DNA of 64,000 nucleotides from NCBI GenBank assembly GCA_963663405.2, contig CAXXSM010000057.1:1-64000 (forward strand), given 5' to 3'. The translations under genes and the position numbers were made by a program. Below are positions 57,534-64,000 of this stretch, one piece after another (position 1 is the first letter of the stretch; every line of letters begins with the position of its first letter). The stretch comes from a bacterium. Lineage in GTDB: Bacteria; Hinthialibacterota; Hinthialibacteria; Hinthialibacterales; Hinthialibacteraceae. Under the pieces are notes generated by a model. That model saw only the letters and a list, made by a program, of their open reading frames with translations. It was not told the origin of the DNA and made no database searches.

Positions 57534-59015
57534 ATGCCTGATGGTATGAACGATACCGAGAAAGTTAAAGAGACCACAACCACGCAAGAAACAAATTTAC
57601 TCGATGACATTATTCAAGTCACTAAGTTAAAGCCTGCGGATGAAACGTATTCCATGACGAAGCAGGCGTTGCAGGAATATATCAATAAATTGGTCAAGCG
57701 GCCTGGCGAGAGAGTGTCCCAGGCCTTGGTCGATGAAATGATCGCGGATCTCGACCGGAAATTATCCCAGCAGGTCGACGCCATTATCCATCACGCTGAT
57801 TTTCAAAAATTAGAGTCTTCATGGCGGGGATTGCAATACCTTGTCCGGGAAACGAATTTCCGGGAAAACATCCGGATCGATGTTCTAAACGTTAAAAAAG
57901 AAGAATTGATTGATGATTTCGAGGACGCACCCGAAATTCCCAAGTCCGCGCTTTATCGCAAAGTCTATTCAGAAGGGTATGGCCAGTTCGGGGGCAAACC
58001 GTATGGCCTTATGGTGGGGGACTTCTCATTCGACTATGGGAATCAAGATATTGAACTGCTCAAAAAACTTGGCAGTGTGGCGTGTATGTCCCACGCGCCG
58101 TTTATCACGGGCGTGTCCCCTCGAATGTTTGGAGTCGATCAATTCAGCGAACTGCCAAACTTGAAGGATCTCAAGTCGATTTTCGAAATGCCGCAATACA
58201 CCAATTGGCGTGGCTTCCGTGATTCGGAAGACGCGAGGTATGTTGGATTAGTGGCCCCGCGCTTTTTATCCCGCCTCCCCTACAGCCCTGAAACGGCGCC
58301 CGCTAAATCCTTTACATACCGGGAGGATGTTTCGGACGGTGACGGCCGGTTCTCGTGGAGCAACGCGGCGTACGCCATGGCGTCCTGTATCACGAAAAGT
58401 TTCGCCAAATACCGCTTCTGCGCCAATATCATCGGCCCCAAGGGAGGGGGCGCTGTGGAAGATATGGAACTGTACGAATATGAGGACATGGGCACGACGA
58501 AGATCAAAAATCCTGCGGAAGTCACAATTACCGACCGGCGGGAATTCGAACTCGCCGAAGAAGGATTTATTTCTTTGGTCTACCGGCAGGATAGTGACAA
58601 CGCCGCTTTCTTCTCCGCCAATTCCGTTCAGAAACCTAAGTTCTACGGCATCAGCAAAGAAGGCAAAGAGGCGGAAACAAATTACAAACTGGGAACCCGG
58701 CTGCCCTATATGTTCGTCATGAGCCGGTTGGCCCACTATCTCAAAGTGCTGCAGCGGGAAAACATTGGAACGTGGACCTCGCGGACGAAAATGGAAGACG
58801 AACTTAACAAATGGGTCACGCAATTTGTGAACGACACGGACACTCCATCGGAAGGAACGACAAGCCGGCGGCCTCTGCGAAAGGCCCAGGTCATCGTCTC
58901 TGATGTGGAAGGGGATCCAGGTTGGTATAAAGTATCACTAAAAGTCGTTCCCCATTTCAAATATGAAGGAGCGTTCTTTGAATTATCCCTTGTCGGTAAA
59001 CTGGATAAGGAATAA
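57534..59015 (+). CDS. tssC: T6SS contractile sheath large subunit (copy 1)
   Basis: AAGGAG RBS; LLDDII, FQKLESSWRGL, YGQFGGKPY, PRFLSRLPY, SRLAHYLKVLQRENIG. Confidence 0.97.
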   Translation: MPDGMNDTEKVKETTTTQETNLLDDIIQVTKLKPADETYSMTKQALQEYINKLVKRPGERVSQALVDEMIADLDRKLSQQVDAIIHHADFQKLESSWRGLQYLVRETNFRENIRIDVLNVKKEELIDDFEDAPEIPKSALYRKVYSEGYGQFGGKPYGLMVGDFSFDYGNQDIELLKKLGSVACMSHAPFITGVSPRMFGVDQFSELPNLKDLKSIFEMPQYTNWRGFRDSEDARYVGLVAPRFLSRLPYSPETAPAKSFTYREDVSDGDGRFSWSNAAYAMASCITKSFAKYRFCANIIGPKGGGAVEDMELYEYEDMGTTKIKNPAEVTITDRREFELAEEGFISLVYRQDSDNAAFFSANSVQKPKFYGISKEGKEAETNYKLGTRLPYMFVMSRLAHYLKVLQRENIGTWTSRTKMEDELNKWVTQFVNDTDTPSEGTTSRRPLRKAQVIVSDVEGDPGWYKVSLKVVPHFKYEGAFFELSLVGKLDKE

Positions 59016-59070
59016 TCAAAACAAAAACATTAATCAATAAGGGCAGTACAACGAAAGGAGATTATCGATC

Positions 59071-59556
59071 ATGCCGATTCCGTCACACCTGTCATTGACA
59101 GGCAATACGCAAGGGAAAATCGAAGGTTCGTGTGAAATCGTAGGCCGTGAAGGAACTATCCTCGTCTATGCGATGGATCACCTCATTCAAATTCCCCGTG
59201 ATCCACGCACAGGTTTGCCCACGGGTCAGCGCGTTCATGATCCACTGACCGTAACCAAAGAATTCGACAAGAGTTCTCCCCCGTTGTATCAAGCGCTGTG
59301 CAGTGGAGAGCAATTTAGTGAGGTGAAATTTGAATTTTATAGGATTTCACCTGAGGGAACCCAGGAACTCTACTTCACCATTACATTGGAAAACGCGATT
59401 ATTGTGAATATCAAGGCATGGTATCCACCTACAATGCTGGCTTCCAGTGAACCCTACCGCCATATGGAAGATGTTTCATTCACCTATGCGAAAATCATAT
59501 GGACGTGGGAACCGGATGGCATCGAAACAGAAGATAATGTCCGGGAACCAAAATAA
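59071..59556 (+). CDS. hcp: T6SS tube protein Hcp (copy 1)
   Basis: G.TQGKIEG, TGQRVH.P, K..DKSSP.L, HMEDVSFTY.KI.W. Confidence 0.96.
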   Translation: MPIPSHLSLTGNTQGKIEGSCEIVGREGTILVYAMDHLIQIPRDPRTGLPTGQRVHDPLTVTKEFDKSSPPLYQALCSGEQFSEVKFEFYRISPEGTQELYFTITLENAIIVNIKAWYPPTMLASSEPYRHMEDVSFTYAKIIWTWEPDGIETEDNVREPK

Positions 59557-59568
59557 TTCGAAAAATCC

Positions 59569-59596
59569 GCGGCCCTCTTTTTTCTAGGAGGGCCGC
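59569..59596 (+). terminator. GC-rich stem-loop after hcp1 (attenuator or stabiliser; no U-tract)
   Basis: GCGGCCCTC / GAGGGCCGC perfect 9-bp inverted repeat 12 nt after the hcp1 stop. Confidence 0.55.
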
Positions 59597-59629
59597 CGTC
59601 TGATTCTGCAAGACTCGTTGGAGAGATGA

Positions 59630-60137
59630 ATGGCCACTCATGAAGAAGAAATGATCCCCCCCCAGCCGAATCAGTATAAAAGTCAAATTCCAACAAGATG
59701 GCGGGGAGGAAGTTGAACTTCCATTGAATATGCTGGTATTGGGTGATTTTACTCAAAAGGACGATGACACGCCTTTGGAGAAACGTGAACCCATATCCGT
59801 GACAAAAGAGAATTTTAATAAAGTCATGAAGGAAATGGATTTGGGCTTGTCTTTTACTGTTCCCGATGCGCTCTCGGATGAGGAAGATGTCTTGCCCGTT
59901 GATTTAAAATTCTCTAGTTTAAAAGATTTCGAACCAGATAACGTCGCCAAACAGATCCAACCGCTTAAAAAATTGATTCAAATCCGGACGCTGCTGCGGG
60001 ACTTGAAAGCCCGTGTGGATAATGAAGTGGATTTACGAATCAAAGTCACGGAAATTCTCAAGCACGTGAGAGAAAATCGCGATAAAGAATCATTATTGGA
60101 TGATATCAACGCGCTCATCGAACAGGCGGCGCCCTAG
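59630..60137 (+). CDS. tssB: T6SS sheath small subunit (copy 2); +1 frameshift in C8 run 59656-59663
   Basis: Removing one C gives MATHEEEMIPPSRISIKVKFQQDGGEEVELPLNMLVLGDF, continuing to DFEPDNVAKQI..L..IR..L.DLK. Confidence 0.9.
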
Positions 60138-60158
60138 TCCGGATCATTCAATCTTAGT

Positions 60159-61724
60159 GTGCAATGGCATGAGCGGGAAACTACGGGAATTGAGGTTATG
60201 AAAAGAGAACGGGATTCGCGTCACAGAGTGGAGTATGAAGCGGCTTCTTCTCCAGAAGCGCTTCAAGTCCATGATATCCTGGCGTTGATCGATGCGCGTC
60301 CCGAACCGGAAGCCGTTGGCAAGGCGCTCTCCGATCAATGGACGGAACTGCCAACGGAGCAGATCGTCACCGGAGAGATTCTCGTCCTCCTCCAAAGCCT
60401 TCTCGAAGACGAACGAATCCCGGAGCGGGATCTCTCCGATATCATTGAAGAATGTATAGAATCCATCGATGAACGAATCTCGGACCAAATGGCTGAAGTC
60501 ATCCGTCATCCGGAATTCAAATCGTTTGAGGCGTCGTGGCGCAGCCTTTGGTACTTAATCGAACAGATTCCAGCCGGGCAGAATTCGATCCTGTTATCCA
60601 TCGTGAACGTATCGAAAGAAGACCTATTGGAAGATTTCGAAGCCCATAAGGAACTCGAACAGTCTGGATTCTGGTTTCATATCTTCAACCGTGAATATGA
60701 CACTTTTGGTGGAAAACCTTACGCCGTGGCGATCGGGAATTATGAGTTCGGCCATAGTCAACAGGACATTCAATTATTGCGGTATTGTGGACAGGTGGCC
60801 TCCGCGGCGCTTTGTCCTTTCCTCTCCTCAATTAGCAGCGAGTTTTTGGAATTCGACCGACAGGATATTTGTGACATAGATGATATAGAAAGTTTCTTTG
60901 AATTCCCCCGCTACGCGGCTTGGAATTCGTTCCGGAAAAGCGAGGCCGCGCGGTTTGTGTCTCTATGTCTGCTTCGATTCCTGCTTCGGCCCCCGTATGG
61001 CCCTGAACCGTCGGAATTAAAAACGGAATCGTTCTCCTTTGATGAAGGTTTCTGCGGGGAGAAAGAAGAGCATGAGGATTATTTATGGGGCAATTCCGCT
61101 TTCATGATCGCCTCGAATATCGTCCGGTCGTTTATCAAATACGGCTGGTTCAATAATATTGTAGGTCCGAACGCTGGCGGTATGGCGAAGAAAATACCCT
61201 TGCATTATTATGAAAGCGCCGGGATGCGCGTTCCCAAATGCCCTACGGAAGTCTCCCTCAGCGAAGACCGGGAGTTGGATTGGAGCCGGCAGGGATTCGC
61301 CTCCCCGGTTCACCGGCTGAATTCCGGACAAGTGGCGTTCTTTGATTTACCGACGCTTCGAAAACCAGCCGTTGTCCCAAAAGATCCGGACGCGACGAAT
61401 AGTGACCGGCTGACAACGAAACTCTATCACGTTCTGCTTTGTTGCCGCTTCAGCCATTATCTCAAAGTGATGATGCGCGAAGAACTAGGAACCGCCACGA
61501 ACGAACGAGTGTTGCAGGAACAACTCGAAGGATGGATCAAGCAATATGTCGGTGAGGATATGAACCTTCCCTATGAGCTGCGCGCGGAACGGCCTTTGCG
61601 CGGCGCTAAGATCGTAGTGAAGGAGCATGAAGATAAAGGGTGGTACAATGTAGATCTTGCGTTACGGCCATGGTACAAGATGGAAGGATTGGAAGCGGAT
61701 ATTGTGCTGACGGCCAAGATTTAA
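60159..61724 (+). CDS. tssC: T6SS sheath large subunit (copy 2, divergent)
   Basis: HPEFKSFEASWRSL, EYDTFGGKPY, RFLLRPPYG, YLWGNSAF, RFSHYLKVMMRE.LG, RPLRGA. The start may be ATG 60198. Confidence 0.93.
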   Translation: MQWHERETTGIEVMKRERDSRHRVEYEAASSPEALQVHDILALIDARPEPEAVGKALSDQWTELPTEQIVTGEILVLLQSLLEDERIPERDLSDIIEECIESIDERISDQMAEVIRHPEFKSFEASWRSLWYLIEQIPAGQNSILLSIVNVSKEDLLEDFEAHKELEQSGFWFHIFNREYDTFGGKPYAVAIGNYEFGHSQQDIQLLRYCGQVASAALCPFLSSISSEFLEFDRQDICDIDDIESFFEFPRYAAWNSFRKSEAARFVSLCLLRFLLRPPYGPEPSELKTESFSFDEGFCGEKEEHEDYLWGNSAFMIASNIVRSFIKYGWFNNIVGPNAGGMAKKIPLHYYESAGMRVPKCPTEVSLSEDRELDWSRQGFASPVHRLNSGQVAFFDLPTLRKPAVVPKDPDATNSDRLTTKLYHVLLCCRFSHYLKVMMREELGTATNERVLQEQLEGWIKQYVGEDMNLPYELRAERPLRGAKIVVKEHEDKGWYNVDLALRPWYKMEGLEADIVLTAKI

Positions 61725-61844
61725 AACATTCACTTAGATCTCATAAAAGAAGCCACAGTCTAGAGGCCGATTGGCTGTAAAAATAATACAATTCATCCTG
61801 CGAATGGACGCCAACCATTCTTTTCAAAAAAAGGAGCGCGGCCG

Positions 61845-62324
61845 ATGCCGATACCCATTTTCGCCAAATTCGATGGTATTGAAGGCTCGTGTAAGATCAA
61901 TGATGACAATCGCGTTGGTCAAATCGAGATCCTCGAGTTTTATTACAATTCCTACATCCCGCTCAGGGAAGGAAGCATCACCGGAGTCCGGGTGCATAAA
62001 CCGATTACCTTTGTCAAAGAAATCGACAAGGCGAGTCCCCTATTGGCCGACGCCGTATGGCACGGGAAAATCATAGACACAGTGGATATCAGCTGGTACC
62101 GGATTACCAAGACTGGCCGAGAGGAGAAATACTTCGTCATCTCACTGGAAAAGGTCCGGATTGTCGGCATTACTCCCTATATGCCCATGATTCTGGACCG
62201 GACGAATGAGATGTACAATCACTTAGAGAAAGTGGAACTGCGCTTTGAAAAAATAAGAGTGGAATGGTTGGATGGCGGTCTCGCCGCCGTTGATTCATAC
62301 GAAGAAGACAAGCAATACGGCTGA
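61845..62324 (+). CDS. hcp: T6SS tube protein Hcp (copy 2)
   Basis: AAGGAG RBS; GIEGSC, TGVRVHKPI, KEIDKASP.L, WYRI, HLEKVELRFEKI. Confidence 0.94.
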   Translation: MPIPIFAKFDGIEGSCKINDDNRVGQIEILEFYYNSYIPLREGSITGVRVHKPITFVKEIDKASPLLADAVWHGKIIDTVDISWYRITKTGREEKYFVISLEKVRIVGITPYMPMILDRTNEMYNHLEKVELRFEKIRVEWLDGGLAAVDSYEEDKQYG

Positions 62325-62340
62325 TTACACATTGTAGAAT

Positions 62341-62796
62341 TTGTCCGACAAGGTCGTGAATGATATGGATTATCAATGGGTTTCCCCATCAGTAATTGAT
62401 GTTCTGAGCGAAGAATCGGACCGGTCTCGCACCAATCTCGATACGCTTGAAGAGTTGGTCATCGAATCGGTGGGACGCAATTTAGCGGATTTATTAAACA
62501 CCCGACAAGGAAGCGTTCCTCATTTACCGGATTATGGATTGCCTGATTTTTCACGGATTTACGCGCGTGAATCCGGCTGTATTGAGTTTCTCCGGCAGAG
62601 CATTGAACAGTGTATTATAAAATACGAACCCCGTCTGACATCTGTTCGGGTGGTAGTAGACAAAAAGAACAAAAACCAAGCGGATCTATCCGTAAAATTT
62701 CTCATCGAAGCGTTATTACGCGTTCCCTCGGAGAGAACCGTTTTTTTTAAAACCATGGTGCAAGACGTTGAAGAAATAAAAATTCGGCCTATGTAA
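62341..62796 (+). CDS. tssE: T6SS baseplate subunit TssE (gp25-like)
   Basis: NL.DLLNTRQG, DYGLPD, I.KYEPRL..VRV. Confidence 0.93.
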   Translation: MSDKVVNDMDYQWVSPSVIDVLSEESDRSRTNLDTLEELVIESVGRNLADLLNTRQGSVPHLPDYGLPDFSRIYARESGCIEFLRQSIEQCIIKYEPRLTSVRVVVDKKNKNQADLSVKFLIEALLRVPSERTVFFKTMVQDVEEIKIRPM

Positions 62797-62814
62797 AAGG
62801 AATTCTGAGCGGCT

Positions 62815-64000
62815 ATGGTGGACACACGGTATTACGATCGGGAAATTCGCTATCTTCGAGAAGCGGGAAGAAAATACGCGGACAAGTATCCCATGCGCGC
62901 TTCCAAACTGCGCCTGGAATCGTCCGAATACATCGACCCGCGCGTGGAACGGCTGATCGAAAGTTTCGCGTTTATGACCGCGAGAGTGCAAAAAAGGCTG
63001 GACGAAGATTTCCCCGATCTTTGCGAAACGTTCTTATCGATTCTCTGTCCTGTTTTGAACTGTCCCATCCCTTCGTTTACAATTGTCCGGTTTGAGCCGA
63101 ACGAAAAGATGGTTAAGAAAGAAACGATTGAAAAAGGCGCCGTCGTGGAATCAGTTCCCATTACCAGCGGAGGGACAATCTGCCGCTTCCAAACGACCGC
63201 GCCGGTAGATGTCTATCCTCTCTCGATTTCACGTATTGAAATCATCCAAAGCACGGAGGCGTTGCCCTGCCTGCGAATGCGCCTCTCGTTGTTTGACCAG
63301 ATTCGTTCAGATGTGCTGCAATGGTCGAACCTCCGTTTCTATCTCCAAGGGGATACGCCCATTCAAGCCAAACTGTATGAATTGTTTCACACGCATGTGC
63401 AATCAATCGTGATTCGATCTTCCGAGGGCAGACGGAAACGGCTGGATTCATCTCAAATCGCTCCGGTTCCGTATTCCGTCGATGAATCGATTTTACCTCA
63501 ACCCGATCACGTCCACGGGGGCATACGTTTATTGCTGGAATATTTCCTATTTCCAGAACGGGATTCATTCTTTGATTTATCAGGATTGGAATTTTTGCGA
63601 AAATGGCCTCCATTCACGGAATTAGATATTGATTTCGAACTGGATCCGAAATCCTTGCAGGATCTCTATTTTGAGCCAGAGAACATCCTGCTGGGCTGTG
63701 TTCCCGCTGTCAATCTTTTCCCCGCGGATGGCATCCCGATTTCCTTGGATTCAAACGAATTGGAATATCGTTTGGAGGCCGATGATTTAGGCCCGCAAGA
63801 ACATTACGCTATCTATTCGGTGGATAAAATCTTCCGGAATGATTTTACATCAGGGGAAAGTGAAGCCATTCTTCCGTTTCAAGGCTTCCTGCCCAAACGG
63901 AACGGCAATGCGAAACAGGTATATTATCAAGTCTCACGCCGGCCGGATATTTCCGGTTCCATCGACTATTGGCTGCGATTGACCAATCACGCCGGGGAAA
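62815..64000 (+). CDS. tssF: T6SS baseplate subunit TssF, truncated by window end
   Basis: Translated by hand: YYDREIRYLREAG..YP, DPRVERLIESFAFMTAR, RLLLEYFLFPE, LGCVPAVNLF. No stop found before 64000. Confidence 0.95.
   Translation, partial: MVDTRYYDREIRYLREAGRKYADKYPMRASKLRLESSEYIDPRVERLIESFAFMTARVQKRLDEDFPDLCETFLSILCPVLNCPIPSFTIVRFEPNEKMVKKETIEKGAVVESVPITSGGTICRFQTTAPVDVYPLSISRIEIIQSTEALPCLRMRLSLFDQIRSDVLQWSNLRFYLQGDTPIQAKLYELFHTHVQSIVIRSSEGRRKRLDSSQIAPVPYSVDESILPQPDHVHGGIRLLLEYFLFPERDSFFDLSGLEFLRKWPPFTELDIDFELDPKSLQDLYFEPENILLGCVPAVNLFPADGIPISLDSNELEYRLEADDLGPQEHYAIYSVDKIFRNDFTSGESEAILPFQGFLPKRNGNAKQVYYQVSRRPDISGSIDYWLRLTNHAGE

Noticed and set aside
60090-60137. LLDDI at the TssB2 C-terminus as a relocated ClpV-docking motif
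   Set aside because: It aligns with the ordinary terminal helix of TssB1 (RLLSEL), so coincidence is sufficient.

Overview
Bacterial genomic window of moderate GC, almost entirely protein-coding. I found no rRNA, tRNA, CRISPR array, integrase or transposase. The gene style (orphan prepilin with IAVPNFLNAQ, many acidic secreted proteins, DUF4838 and PQQ-repeat proteins) suggests a Hinthialibacterota/Sumerlaeota-like lineage; this is inference only. At least 13 genes are split by single-base indels, mostly in short homopolymers, which points to an unpolished long-read assembly, so split ORFs are reported as single genes. Contents from left to right: (1) alpha/beta hydrolase, asnB, hypotheticals and a NUDIX hydrolase; (2) secreted or periplasmic proteins (FGE-sulfatase domain, DUF4838, PQQ/MTase/malectin, prepilin, PL26-like lyase); (3) a three-gene secreted operon (~1700-aa FG-GAP/beta-rich protein, ~800-aa Fn3-repeat protein, Cys-His-Asp protease-like protein) behind a near-consensus sigma70 promoter; (4) aceE-aceF-lpdA plus aconitase with a divergent lipoate ligase; (5) an FG-GAP, CocE, sulfatase, PQQ-like gene run; (6) the left part of a T6SS with clpV divergent from tssA-tssB-tssC-hcp-tssB2-tssC2-hcp2-tssE-tssF. 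The best candidates for new biology are: a short C-terminal motif [VI]xxWx[LIVF][YHL] shared by five unrelated exported proteins (candidate sorting or secretion signal), a tandem duplicated sheath-plus-tube module inside one T6SS locus, and the three-gene secreted operon.
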